Positions 10,019-20,056 of a stretch of DNA of 64,000 nt are shown here, piece by piece; positions within the stretch are counted from its first letter, which is position 1, and the number at the start of each line of letters is the position of its first letter. The DNA comes from Thermodesulfobacteriota bacterium. GTDB taxonomy: Bacteria; Desulfobacterota; Binatia; Bin18. The stretch is from NCBI GenBank assembly GCA_964291405.2, contig OZ219926.1:928001-992000 (forward strand), read 5' to 3'. The translations under genes were made by a program, and so were the position numbers. The notes beneath the pieces are model-generated. The model was given only the letters and a program-made list of their open reading frames with translations. It had not been told where the DNA came from and searched no databases.

Positions 10019-11461
10019 CTATACGCCTCGCCGGGTCAGGATGACCTTGACCGTCTCCGTCAAGACGCGGACATCCAGCCACAGCGAATAATTATAGATA
10101 TAGGCCAGGTCGTATTTCAGCTTGTACTCGGGCGTCGTGTGGTATTCGCCATTGACCTGGGCCAGGCCGGTCAGGCCCGGCTTGACCTGCAAGCGTTCCG
10201 CATAACCGGGAACCGTCTGTTGAAACCCGGCCACAAACTCGGGCCGCTCCGGGCGGGGACCAACCAGACTCATGGACCCGTTGAGGACATTGAAAAGCTG
10301 CGGGATTTCGTCAATCCGGCTGGCCCGCAACAGGCGACCGACCGGCGTCACCCGGCTGTCGTCCGAGCGCGCCAGCACCGGCCCGGTCCGGGCCTCGGCC
10401 TCATGGACCATGGTGCGCAGTTTATACAGGGTGAACTCTTTTCCATGCCGCCCCACCCGACGCTGCCGGTACAGCATCGGTCCTGACGATGAGAGTTTGA
10501 CCAGGCAGGCGGCCACACCCACCAACGGCAAACACAGGACCAGCAGGACGCCGGCAATCAGACGATCGCTGATACTTTTCACCATAAAGGCCAGCTCTTC
10601 ACGCGGATTCTTCAGCACCTCGACCAGGGGCACATCGTGCAGGCGCAGGGACGAAACCCGTCCCACCAGAATGTCGTACACGGAGGGCACCACCAGGACG
10701 CGCGGCCGTTCAGCCGCCAGGTGACCGGTCGGCAGATTCAACAGCCGGTCAACAAACGTATCCTTCCAACTGGCGGACGACAGGAGAATGACCTCATCGA
10801 TCTCGACCTGTTCGAGGACCTGGGGCAGACTGTCCAGCCTGCCCAGCCACGGGATACCAACCTCTTCTTGTGTCTGACAGGCGGATTCCTCCAACCCGAT
10901 TGCGCCAACAACATCGAGGCCGGGAGACGGGCGGAGGTCCGTCAGACTGGAGAGAAACATCCGCACATCCCGCACCAGACCGATCAGGAGGACGCGCACC
11001 GGGCTGGCGTGTCCGAGGCGATGGTCCGCCCAGAGTCGTACGCCAACAATGCCAAGGGTGTTAAACACCCAAAAGACCACCAGCACGGAGCGCGGGAAGG
11101 AGAGGTCACCGCGAAAGAAATACCAGGCCGCGGTGGCCAGCAGTTGGATGCCGAGGGCCATCGCTACCCGCGTCACCAACCGGATACGCTGGTGCAGGGA
11201 ATGCTGATCGTACAAGCCGAAGAAATAGAGCAGTACCACCTGCGTTCCCAGGAGAAAAAACAGAGGATGGGCAACCTCGGTGAGACGCGAGGCCGGCAGG
11301 AAATCCGCGGTCAGGGGAAAAGGCAGATAGACGCGCAGGGAAAAGGCGCTCCCATACGCAATGCCGGCCCACACCAGGTCGGCCAGCACCAGCAGCAGAA
11401 CGATCTGATCATCTCTTCGGGGAGATCGTCCTTGCGTTCCGGACGGGGGTACGGGTTTCAC
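10019..11461 (-). CDS. Priming undecaprenyl-phosphate sugar phosphotransferase (WcaJ/WbaP family)
   Basis: YKLRTM, IDEIPQLFNVLNGSMSLVGPRPE, VKPGLTGLAQV; probable GTG start overlapping the upstream stop (GTGA). Confidence 0.9.
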   Translation of the reverse strand: MKPVPPSGTQGRSPRRDDQIVLLLVLADLVWAGIAYGSAFSLRVYLPFPLTADFLPASRLTEVAHPLFFLLGTQVVLLYFFGLYDQHSLHQRIRLVTRVAMALGIQLLATAAWYFFRGDLSFPRSVLVVFWVFNTLGIVGVRLWADHRLGHASPVRVLLIGLVRDVRMFLSSLTDLRPSPGLDVVGAIGLEESACQTQEEVGIPWLGRLDSLPQVLEQVEIDEVILLSSASWKDTFVDRLLNLPTGHLAAERPRVLVVPSVYDILVGRVSSLRLHDVPLVEVLKNPREELAFMVKSISDRLIAGVLLVLCLPLVGVAACLVKLSSSGPMLYRQRRVGRHGKEFTLYKLRTMVHEAEARTGPVLARSDDSRVTPVGRLLRASRIDEIPQLFNVLNGSMSLVGPRPERPEFVAGFQQTVPGYAERLQVKPGLTGLAQVNGEYHTTPEYKLKYDLAYIYNYSLWLDVRVLTETVKVILTRRGV

Positions 11462-12278
11462 AGTGTATCGCTCTCCCTCGGGGCGTTTGGAAATCGCGCG
11501 TACAGCGCCCGACGAGAGACTATATACCGATGCTTCCAAAAGTAGTAGGCAAGGCCACGCAGATGTTTCCAGCCCAGGCGCGAGAACGCGGAGCGGGCAA
11601 TACGTTGCTCGGCGTGCGTCACTACCGCGGCCGGCTGGTAGACTACCTGCCAGCCGGCTTGGTGCATGCGCAGACACAGATCAATATCTTCCGGACCGTA
11701 AAAAATCCGTTCGTCCAGCAGGCCGACCTCATCCAGCGCCCGCCGGCGTATGAGTTGGCAGGCGCCAATCATATAGTCCACCGGCCGTAGCGTATCGTGC
11801 GCCCAGTCCGCCAACTCGGCCTGCCGGGCCGCGCGGCGCGTGAGCGCGGACGGAAAACGACGTCCGAGTTTGTCCAGGAGGGTCGGAAACAAACGGCACG
11901 ACAGACACAGCTGCCCCTCGGCATCTACGAGTTTCGGCCCGCACAGGCCAACCTCCGGCCTGGAGTCAAGCAGTTGAACGAGTTGGTCCAAGGCGGTGGG
12001 ATGCACAATCGTATCGTCATCCAGGATGAGGATGTATTCTCCCTGCACGCATACCGGATACCCTGATTCCGCGCGGGCGCAACCCCGCGGTTTTTTCGAT
12101 TCGCAATAATACGGACGTAGGGAAAGCGCCTTCTCAACACCGACACCGTCCGATCCCGTGAGCCGTTATCAACCACAATCACCTCATAGCTGACCGTCAA
12201 ACCGGCGGGTAACGAGTCCAGACAGGCTTCAATCGTAGACGCGGAATTCCAGACCAGGATGATAATCGAGACCTTCAT
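11458..12278 (-). pseudogene. GT2 glycosyltransferase (WbbL-like), frameshifted near 12047
   Basis: N-half (VSIIIL..VIVVDNGSRD..NRGVAPARNQGIRYA) and C-half (QGEYILILDDD..EDIDLC) are in different frames; real lesion or assembly error. Confidence 0.8.
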
Positions 12279-13351
12279 TGTTGAGCCCCAGACTGTCCAA
12301 ACGGTCGAGACGAGGCTGGGGTCGATGCCTGAGCCGCTACGGACCAGCGTTTAGTCGACACAAAGGGCCGGTATAAACTGTAGAAACCGGCCCGTTTGAG
12401 GCGTCTCCAGGCCCACAGCCTGGCCAGACCACGAATGCCCAGGGCCAACAGGATCAGCCCATACTCACGTATCCGCATAGTGCGGAAGAACTCGGCCCAG
12501 GGATACGCCGCGACCGGACCGTTTGCGAGCAGGTGCGCGTGCTGGCGGCGAATCTGCATTTTGCCGCCCTCGGCCCGTACCCGCTCGGCAAAATAATCCC
12601 GCCACGTCTGTGGCAGAACAAAAAACACCTGAGCCTGCATCACTTTACGCACACGCTGTTTTCCGACCGCAACCGTCAGCCAGGCATCTTCCAGCAGCAA
12701 GTCTTCCGGCATGGGCTCGCTCAGCACATTTTTGCGTATCAGGAAGAGGCGGCCGCCGGCATTGCCGAAGTTAAATCGATACGGCAGTGCGCCCATACGA
12801 CTCCAGATACCCGTCTTTGGCTCCAGCATCGGGACTTCACGCGCGGCAACCAGCCCCAACTGCGGCTCCGTCCGCATACGCGCGTATAAACGAGCAATGG
12901 CCTGCGTATCAATGCGGACATCGGCATCACAGAACAGGAGCAGGTCGCCGCACGCCCATTGCCACAAGGCATTCATGGCTCGGGGTTTCCCCCGCCAGTC
13001 TGCCAGCAGCACGCGACACGTCAATGCTCCCTGCCCCTCAGCCCCCGGAGAAGACGGATACGGTGTATGCGTTTGCGCCTGCTCTGCGGAGGAGAGCGTA
13101 ATCTCCCGGAGCGATATGGCGTGACGCGTACAAAAATCCCGGACCGCCAGCAGTGGCGGGCAGGCCCTTCGACTCGGCTCAGGACAGGGCCGGTCCGGGC
13201 CGACCCCGTTAATACAGACGAGCAGTTCCCGGACACAGCCGGACGGAAGCCGGGGAGACAGACTGGCCACCAACAGGCTCTCCAGCGTGCTGCCCAGGTC
13301 CGGTTCATCCGCCCGGCACGGAATAGTCAGCGAGAGTGTTTCGTCAGTCAT
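12275..13351 (-). CDS. GT2-like glycosyltransferase containing an in-frame 24-bp repeat insertion
   Basis: LTIPC, GKPRAMN, LLFCDADV, LLEDAWL; the CPEPSRRA peptide is encoded by the repeat at 13163-13186. Confidence 0.8.
   Translation of the reverse strand: MTDETLSLTIPCRADEPDLGSTLESLLVASLSPRLPSGCVRELLVCINGVGPDRPCPEPSRRACPPLLAVRDFCTRHAISLREITLSSAEQAQTHTPYPSSPGAEGQGALTCRVLLADWRGKPRAMNALWQWACGDLLLFCDADVRIDTQAIARLYARMRTEPQLGLVAAREVPMLEPKTGIWSRMGALPYRFNFGNAGGRLFLIRKNVLSEPMPEDLLLEDAWLTVAVGKQRVRKVMQAQVFFVLPQTWRDYFAERVRAEGGKMQIRRQHAHLLANGPVAAYPWAEFFRTMRIREYGLILLALGIRGLARLWAWRRLKRAGFYSLYRPFVSTKRWSVAAQASTPASSRPFGQSGAQQ
13163..13186 (+). repeat. 24-bp unit ggcccttcgactcggctcaggaca inside a CDS
   Basis: Near-identical to the 24-bp units at 52059-52106 and similar to 42920-42943. 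Confidence 0.75.
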
Positions 13352-13526
13352 CGCAAGAAAGAAGGATCGACCATGTTGGGTACAGCGTTGCGGTTAATGT
13401 AACATATCGGTCAACCAGAACCGGTGGCTCCGACGCCTATCAATTTTTCTCGTCACCGACGTGTCGTTTCGCTCTCGTCATGTCGGACGTAAGCCGGCAT
13501 CAATGACGGTGGGAAGGCGCCGCCGC

Positions 13527-13940
13527 TTAGTGCAGCACTTCGAATGCGAGCCGGCGACCGCGTCCGTATCGGAAGACGGAAAAATCGTTGTCGAATGAGA
13601 TAACACGCGAGATGCCGAGCCGTTCCATGAGCGCAAAGGAGGTGCGATCAACGAGGGAGAAATCCTGGTCGGGGAAGCGTTCGCCGATTGCCCACGCGGC
13701 TTCGAGGTCTGCACTGGTCGTCTGTTCAATGCGTGCGACACCGCTGCGCAGCCCACCCCAAAAGGTTTCCGCCACACTGGCCGAGATGAAATGGTGGATG
13801 AGACGCCACGTCTCAATCAGTACATGGTCACTCGTGATCAGCCGTTCGTCCGTTGTCAGAAGTCGCTTGGCACGAACGTTCTGGCGGTCGCCACGGTCAG
13901 CCGCAGCATACCAGGCCGAGCTGTCCACAAAGATACTCAT
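13527..13940 (-). CDS. vapC: PIN-domain toxin
   Basis: IFVDSSAW, VLIET, DFSLVDRTSF, SFDNDF acidic PIN residues. Confidence 0.9.
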   Translation of the reverse strand: MSIFVDSSAWYAAADRGDRQNVRAKRLLTTDERLITSDHVLIETWRLIHHFISASVAETFWGGLRSGVARIEQTTSADLEAAWAIGERFPDQDFSLVDRTSFALMERLGISRVISFDNDFSVFRYGRGRRLAFEVLH

Positions 13941-14197
13941 GGCGCATCGGAACGGCGCCGCTTCCCGGCGCCAACCGCCTCTCCGATCATCCGCGCTTTC
14001 TCTGATGCGATATCGGTCCCTTCCGAGGTGCCGAGGTCGAAGACGATGGACCGGTCAACGCGGCGGGGGGATTCGGCCAAGTCCTGATTCACGAGTTGGC
14101 GTATGTACTCGGCAAGAGAAATGTTCAGAGCGGCTGCACGCACACGAACTCGTGTATGCAGCTCCGAACTGAGGGAGATCTGGGTACGAATCATCAT
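13937..14197 (-). CDS. RHH-type antitoxin (VapB-like)
   Basis: MIRTQISLS...ISLAEYIRQLV; ATGA overlap with vapC. Confidence 0.8.
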   Translation of the reverse strand: MMIRTQISLSSELHTRVRVRAAALNISLAEYIRQLVNQDLAESPRRVDRSIVFDLGTSEGTDIASEKARMIGEAVGAGKRRRSDAP

Positions 14198-14243
14198 TGT
14201 GGCGCCACCATACAGGCATCCGAACAGGGTTTCAAGCGATAGG

Positions 14244-14398
14244 ATAGGGTCCCGAATCTGAAGTTCGTGGCATAAGTAGTGCTCGACCCGGTGACAGAAT
14301 CGTTTGACGGCCGCGAGGATATCGGCGGCGGACTTCGTCCATATGAAGGGTTTCGGGTCGGCGTTGCAGGCGTCGCTGAACGCGCGGATGATCGCCCT
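14244..14398 (-). mobile_element. IS630-family transposase C-terminal remnant and probable right end
   Basis: Minus frame AIIRAFSDACNADPKPFIWTKSAADILAAVKRFC resembles the IS630 C-terminal PKPFxWT motif. Confidence 0.7.
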
Positions 14399-14449
14399 CC
14401 CAGGCAGCGCGGGGGCCGGGAGGGCAGAGGCGTGGGGGAGAGCGGCCCA

Positions 14450-15805
14450 TCAGTGCAAAAGACGCCGATAGTGTTGCTCAAGCAGGGCGACGTCTGCGCT
14501 AATCGATCTGACCGCCGGGAATGCTCGTGAGAGCCGGGCGACCAAATCCGGTTCGGTAATAAAACGCATCATCTTTTGACGCAGGTCATCAATATTACGC
14601 GGCTGAAACAGGAGTCCGTTTACGCCGTCCCTTACCCACTCGCGCATGCCGCCAAAGTCGGCGGTGATCACAGGAGTGTGGGCCAGAAAGGCCTCCCGAA
14701 TCACCAGTGGAGCATTTTCATACCAGATTGAAGGCACGACGACGACATCCACCTCAGCCAGAATGCGACTGAGCTCATGCTGTTCGTAACGACCCATACA
14801 CCGGATACGGGGCGAGCTGGCCAACTGGGAGCGGAAACGTTTCTCGTCCGGATAGGGCGCATAGGCCGCCTCCCCGCCATAGATACGCAGTTCCGCCCGG
14901 GGCAGGGTCTGAAAGGCTTCGACCAGCAGATGGACGCCCTTCACCGGGTCAACAACACCGATATAGCCGAAAATAAGGGGCCGCTTGTCTCCGTTTTTCT
15001 GAGGAATAAGAGCTCTCGGAGCGGGCTGAATGGCGTCGGTCTGCAAGCCACACTCGTGAAACAGAACCTTCTCTTCCGGCAGCCCAAAAGCCACAAACTG
15101 CTCGCGCAGGAAGCGCGACGGCGCCAAAAACAGCGAAACCGACTCACACAGCGCCCGAATATGGGCCATCCGGGCCTGAATCTGTTGCCGAGCCGCGAGC
15201 GAGACGGACTGGGAACCGGCCCGTTTACCATACCAACGCCGCGCCTGCTCTCTGAGCCAGGATTGTTGACCCAGGAGCGGTTTCAGCCAGCGATAGAGGG
15301 TTGACATCTTTGGATCGAGCAAATGGTGGAAACACCGGGCGCAGCCGGCGTCGGTCTGGCCGGGACAGACCGACAAGTCGGGTTTCAGAAACCGGCCGCG
15401 CTGGCAGACGAGCCAGTAGTCATGCAGCGTCATCACCACCGGAATCCGGCGCTGGGCCGCTTCTCGCACGCACGTTGTGGACAGGTAGACCAGATGCTGA
15501 AAATGGACAATGTCGGGCTGGAAACGATCCAACACCTCGCCAAAGCGGGTAGCAATGGCGTCGTTTTGATAACTGTCCACAAAGCTCGTGCTCTGCCGCA
15601 GGGTATTATTGATACGCGTGATCTCAACCTGGTCGGCCGTCGTTGTTTCCACCTCGTACTCAGGCTGCCTTGTGTTTTCACGCCGCGCAAAAACCGAGAC
15701 GGTATGACCCTGGCCCGCCAGCTCTTGGGCAAGAGCGGCGGCGTAGGTTTCGGTCCCTCCCAGATATTCCGGCGGTAAACCGTTGACGACCTGGACAATA
15801 CGCAT
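14450..15805 (-). CDS. GT4 glycosyltransferase
   Basis: GGTETY, TLHDYW, KGVHLL, PSIWYENAPLVIREA. Confidence 0.92.
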   Translation of the reverse strand: MRIVQVVNGLPPEYLGGTETYAAALAQELAGQGHTVSVFARRENTRQPEYEVETTTADQVEITRINNTLRQSTSFVDSYQNDAIATRFGEVLDRFQPDIVHFQHLVYLSTTCVREAAQRRIPVVMTLHDYWLVCQRGRFLKPDLSVCPGQTDAGCARCFHHLLDPKMSTLYRWLKPLLGQQSWLREQARRWYGKRAGSQSVSLAARQQIQARMAHIRALCESVSLFLAPSRFLREQFVAFGLPEEKVLFHECGLQTDAIQPAPRALIPQKNGDKRPLIFGYIGVVDPVKGVHLLVEAFQTLPRAELRIYGGEAAYAPYPDEKRFRSQLASSPRIRCMGRYEQHELSRILAEVDVVVVPSIWYENAPLVIREAFLAHTPVITADFGGMREWVRDGVNGLLFQPRNIDDLRQKMMRFITEPDLVARLSRAFPAVRSISADVALLEQHYRRLLH

Positions 15806-15995
15806 TTTCTACAGACTCTTTCAGCCGTCTCTTTCCATCCAAAGAGAGCCTTTCTTCCATGTACCTATACTCACTCTTTGAGGAAAGAGCCCTCTTGCCC
15901 TTGCCATTGAGAAAACAACGAGGATCAGTTATTACGAGTATGTTACATGTATATGAAAGCTATATGAATCGTGTGACATAGGGAGGGAACAACAC

Positions 15996-16262
15996 GTGCG
16001 CCGACTTGGATATCTTATCCTCATTGTCTTTTTCCTTAGTCTGACAGCCCCTTCTGTGGCCTTTGCCTATCTTGACCCGGGCAGTGGTAGCATGCTGCTC
16101 CAGCTCGTCCTTGGCGGACTGGCCGGCCTGGCAGTGATCGCTAAGCTCTACTGGCATCGACTGCTCGCCCTCTTTGGTACGCATTCCCAACAGGAGGAAA
16201 ACGATTCGGAAATGGATTCGACCTCCCTCACGACCTCAGATTCATCTGATACCCCACAGTAG
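15996..16262 (+). CDS. Small membrane protein with AYLDPGSGS motif
   Basis: Signal-like segment, AFAYLDPGSGSMLLQ, second TM helix; RBS ggagg before GTG. Confidence 0.7.
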   Translation: MRRLGYLILIVFFLSLTAPSVAFAYLDPGSGSMLLQLVLGGLAGLAVIAKLYWHRLLALFGTHSQQEENDSEMDSTSLTTSDSSDTPQ

Positions 16263-16326
16263 ATTCGAAGAGAGCGGACAAGAGCAGCCCCGTCTTTCCT
16301 TTTCGCCTGTCCAGACTCATATCAGC

Positions 16327-17748
16327 ATGGTTGTCCCCCATTTCGAGCCGGGTTCATTCCGTGACCGCACCAGCCGGGTCTTTTACCAGGACGGAACGGT
16401 TCTGCGCGGCATTAATGCACCTGCCGTCCAGGAGTGGGAAGTCCTCAAGACCAAGCCGTTTTTCCAACAATTCATGGCCGAAGGGAAAATTGTCCGAACC
16501 GATCAGGTCACACCCATAGACGTCTCACCCTCGCCCCATACCGGGCAATGGAGTGAGCACTGGTCCATTGTTCTCAAACACCAAACCATTCCGTTTATTT
16601 CTTATCCCTACGAGTGGCCCTTCAGCATGCTCCAGGACGCCGCCCGGCTGACCCTCGAACTCCAGGCCGCGGCCCTGAATGCCGACATGACGCTCAAAGA
16701 CGCCACCCCTTTCAACGTCCAGTGGTCCGGCAGCCAGCCGGTCTTTATTGATATTCCCTCGTTCGAGCGTCTACGGCCCGGCGACCCGTGGGTCGGTTAT
16801 CGCCAGTTCTGTCAGTTGTTTCTCTATCCACTCTTTCTGCAAGCCTACAAAGATATACCCTTTCAGCCCTGGCTGCGCGGCAATCTGGAAGGCATTGAGC
16901 CAGCCCAGTGCGCCCAACTCATGTCGTTCAGAGATATGTTCAGACCGGGCGTGCTGTCGCACGTCGTTCTCCAGGCCAAAGCCCAAGCCTCGTACGCCCA
17001 GACAGAGCGTAATCTCAAGAAAGATTTACGTCAGGCCGGTTTCCATAAGGCACTCATCCAGGCCAATGTCGGTCGTCTTCAAAAACAGCTAGCCCAATTG
17101 ACCTGGAAGCAGTCGCGGTCAACCTGGTCAGATTACACCGAAGCCCTCCCCTACACGGAAAGTGAACAACACCAGAAGGCCGATTTTGTGCAACGCATCA
17201 CCCACTCTCAACGCTGGCATCTGGTCTGGGACCTGGGCTGCAATACCGGGACGTTTTCGCGCATTACCGCAGAAAACGCTGAATACGTGCTGGCAATGGA
17301 CATCGACACTCTGGTGATCGAGCGACTCTATTGCGCTCTCAAGCAAGAACAATCGAGTAATATTCTGCCCCTTATCGGCAATGTGGCCGATCCTGCTCCA
17401 AATCTTGGCTGGCGTGGGCTGGAACGGAAGGCGCTGGTTGAACGTGGCAAGCCCGACCTGACCTTATGTCTGGCCTTGCTCCACCATGTGGTTATCGGTG
17501 CGCATATTCCGCTCAGAGAGTTCATCACCTGGCTGGCGAGTCTCGACACGGCCCTAGTGATTGAGTTCGTTACCCGGGACGACCCCATGGTCCAGACCCT
17601 GCTGCGGCATAAGGCCGATCACTATACGGACTATGACCTGGGGTATTTCGAGCGCTGTCTGGCTGATGCGTTTGAGATTGACCAGCAAGAGCCGCTCGAA
17701 TCAGGCACACGCATACTCTACTACGCGCGGAGCAAACGCCAAGTGTGA
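16327..17748 (+). CDS. SAM-dependent methyltransferase, NoeA-like
   Basis: SFRD, ISYPYEW, LKDATPFNVQ N-domain; WDLGCNTG SAM motif; LALLHH; IEFV..DDPMV. Confidence 0.8.
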   Translation: MVVPHFEPGSFRDRTSRVFYQDGTVLRGINAPAVQEWEVLKTKPFFQQFMAEGKIVRTDQVTPIDVSPSPHTGQWSEHWSIVLKHQTIPFISYPYEWPFSMLQDAARLTLELQAAALNADMTLKDATPFNVQWSGSQPVFIDIPSFERLRPGDPWVGYRQFCQLFLYPLFLQAYKDIPFQPWLRGNLEGIEPAQCAQLMSFRDMFRPGVLSHVVLQAKAQASYAQTERNLKKDLRQAGFHKALIQANVGRLQKQLAQLTWKQSRSTWSDYTEALPYTESEQHQKADFVQRITHSQRWHLVWDLGCNTGTFSRITAENAEYVLAMDIDTLVIERLYCALKQEQSSNILPLIGNVADPAPNLGWRGLERKALVERGKPDLTLCLALLHHVVIGAHIPLREFITWLASLDTALVIEFVTRDDPMVQTLLRHKADHYTDYDLGYFERCLADAFEIDQQEPLESGTRILYYARSKRQV

Positions 17749-17760
17749 GACGACAGGGAT

Positions 17761-19959
17761 ATGGGTCTCACACCTCAAGCTCTCCCCCCTCATAGGACGA
17801 AAGCGGACTTTCTTTTTCCCGGCCTGCACCTCCTTGTCCTGTGGAACTTTGCGGTCGCCCAGCCACTCTTTGATCTCTTCTCCCGCACCGCGGAATTCTT
17901 TGTCCTGCGTCAGTCGCCAGCGCTTGACATCGTCCTGTTCACCATCCTCCTGAGTGTTGTTGTTCCGGCTCTGGGCATACTTGTTGTCTGGGGAATCCGC
18001 GTCGTTGGTGCCTGGCTGAGCACAGGGCTGCATGTGCTCCTGGTCGGGGGATTATCTGCTATGCTCGCTCTCCAGGCATTGCAGATGCTCCAGACACTTC
18101 CCCATATTTCGGGCGTCGTCCTGATGCTCGGAGCTGGCGGGGTCGGGCTGCTCGCGAGCGTCGGCTATCATATGCTGCCTCTGGTCCGAACATTCTGTAC
18201 GCTCCTCTCACCCGGCATCGTGCTCTTCCCGACTCTCTTTCTCTTCTTCTCTCCGATCTCAACGCTGCTGTTCTCGTCACCCGTTGATATTGCCCAGGTG
18301 AAGATCAACGACCCGCCACCCATCGTGCTGGTGATCTTTGATGAGTTTTCATCAATCTCCCTCATGAATGAAAACCGTCAGATAGATGCTGAGCGCTATC
18401 CGAATTTTGCCGCACTTGCAGAAGACGCAACCTGGTTCCGTAATGCCTCGACCATGAGCAGTTGGACTCCCGCGGCGGTCCCGGCCATTTTAACGGGCAG
18501 CTATCCGATTCCGAATCGGCTCCCAACCGCATCCGGATATCCGCGTAATATCTTCACCCTGCTCGGCGGGACCTATGCCGTCCAGGCCCACGGCACTATT
18601 ACGGAATTATGCCCGCATGCATTATGCAACCAGCTCCGAGAGCCCTGGAGTGTCCGTATGCGGACACTCTTTTCTGATGTCGGCATCGTCTATCTGCACA
18701 TTCTCCTGCCGGAAGATCAGAAATCCGCTCTGCCTTCGCTCCAGGCCCGCTGGAGAGATTTTGCCGGCGTCCCTGCCCTGTTATCCCCGGCTGAGGAGCG
18801 TCAGATTCCCGCTGACGTATGGAAATCTCTCCAAGATTCGATTCTGGCACAGTTGGACCTACGCCTGGACCGGCCCCAGATATTTCACAGTTTTCTCCAC
18901 ACCATTCGACCGACACACCAACCGACACTGTACTATCTGCATATTCTTTTGCCCCACGTTCCTTATGAGTATCTTCGGGCAGGCCAAACCTACAGTGTAG
19001 ATGGTGGCCATCCCGGAATCACGAAAGAAATTTGGAGCGGTGATGTATGGGCCACTACTCAGAGCTATCAGCGTTATTTACTCCAAGTAGAATTTGTAGA
19101 CACTCTCGTAGGGCAGTTAATCGCTCACCTGAAATCGGCGCGACTATACGAAAAATCGCTGATTGTCATTACGGCCGATCACGGAGTCAGCTTTCGTCCG
19201 CACGACAACAGGCGACTTGTCACAAAAACGAATTTTGCCGACATTATGGCTGTCCCCCTCTTTGTCAAGGCACCTTTTCAGCAGCAGGGCGAAGTTCTTG
19301 ATCGCAATATGGAAACCATCGATATCCTGCCGACCATAGCGGATATCCTGGAAATCAAGCTGCCCTGGCCAGTTGACGGTGGCTCGGCATTTTCGCCCGA
19401 ACCACGAGCAGGAACCGAGAAAGCGTCTTCTCTTTCTACCCAAATCGCCCTGGATCGATTCAACACTGCGGTCCGGGAAGCGGTCAGCAAACAGGCCGAC
19501 CTATTCCCACCCGCTAACCCGGTCGTGCCCCACGCTTCACCTCTGGCTCTCGTCGGACAACCTATCCAGGATATGTCTCTGAGTGAGGATGCCCAATTTG
19601 CAATCACGATCGATCAATTAAAACATTTTGCTCAGATCGATCCGGAGGCCCAGTTTCTCCCTGCCCACATCACCGGCACGCTCCACTCGGAAGAATTCAG
19701 ATTCATCGCCCTGGCGTTGAATGGAACCGTGCGGGCTATCACACAGCCCTGGTCCTTTGCCGTCAAAGAAAAACACGGACGGTGGTCGGCATTGCTTGAC
19801 CCGCAATTTTTTCGGGCGGGCAAAAATACGATTGAAGCCTTTGGAGTGAGAACACCGAACGACCAGGCAACCCTCATCCGTGCAGCAGGGTCACCTCAGC
19901 ACCTGTCTGTATTCCAGCCACGAGTTGAAGAGCACAACGACTTGCAAAAAGAGGAATAA
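17761..19959 (+). CDS. Membrane-anchored sulfatase/alkaline-phosphatase-superfamily transferase
   Basis: About five N-terminal TM helices; VIFDEF, WTPAAVP (Thr nucleophile position), LLPHVP, ITADHG. Confidence 0.8.
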   Translation: MGLTPQALPPHRTKADFLFPGLHLLVLWNFAVAQPLFDLFSRTAEFFVLRQSPALDIVLFTILLSVVVPALGILVVWGIRVVGAWLSTGLHVLLVGGLSAMLALQALQMLQTLPHISGVVLMLGAGGVGLLASVGYHMLPLVRTFCTLLSPGIVLFPTLFLFFSPISTLLFSSPVDIAQVKINDPPPIVLVIFDEFSSISLMNENRQIDAERYPNFAALAEDATWFRNASTMSSWTPAAVPAILTGSYPIPNRLPTASGYPRNIFTLLGGTYAVQAHGTITELCPHALCNQLREPWSVRMRTLFSDVGIVYLHILLPEDQKSALPSLQARWRDFAGVPALLSPAEERQIPADVWKSLQDSILAQLDLRLDRPQIFHSFLHTIRPTHQPTLYYLHILLPHVPYEYLRAGQTYSVDGGHPGITKEIWSGDVWATTQSYQRYLLQVEFVDTLVGQLIAHLKSARLYEKSLIVITADHGVSFRPHDNRRLVTKTNFADIMAVPLFVKAPFQQQGEVLDRNMETIDILPTIADILEIKLPWPVDGGSAFSPEPRAGTEKASSLSTQIALDRFNTAVREAVSKQADLFPPANPVVPHASPLALVGQPIQDMSLSEDAQFAITIDQLKHFAQIDPEAQFLPAHITGTLHSEEFRFIALALNGTVRAITQPWSFAVKEKHGRWSALLDPQFFRAGKNTIEAFGVRTPNDQATLIRAAGSPQHLSVFQPRVEEHNDLQKEE

Positions 19960-20056
19960 TCATCAGCGCCTACCAGGAAACGAGACAGCTTGACCACCAC
20001 GTTGAAATCGAGAAAACAGATGCTTATCCAGGTGGGAAGCCGGAGCAGATTTTCCT

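Noticed and set aside
11462-11677. N-terminal extension of the 552-aa sugar transferase ORF
   Set aside because: It overlaps the upstream GT2; a GTG start at 11461 coupled to the GT2 stop is more plausible
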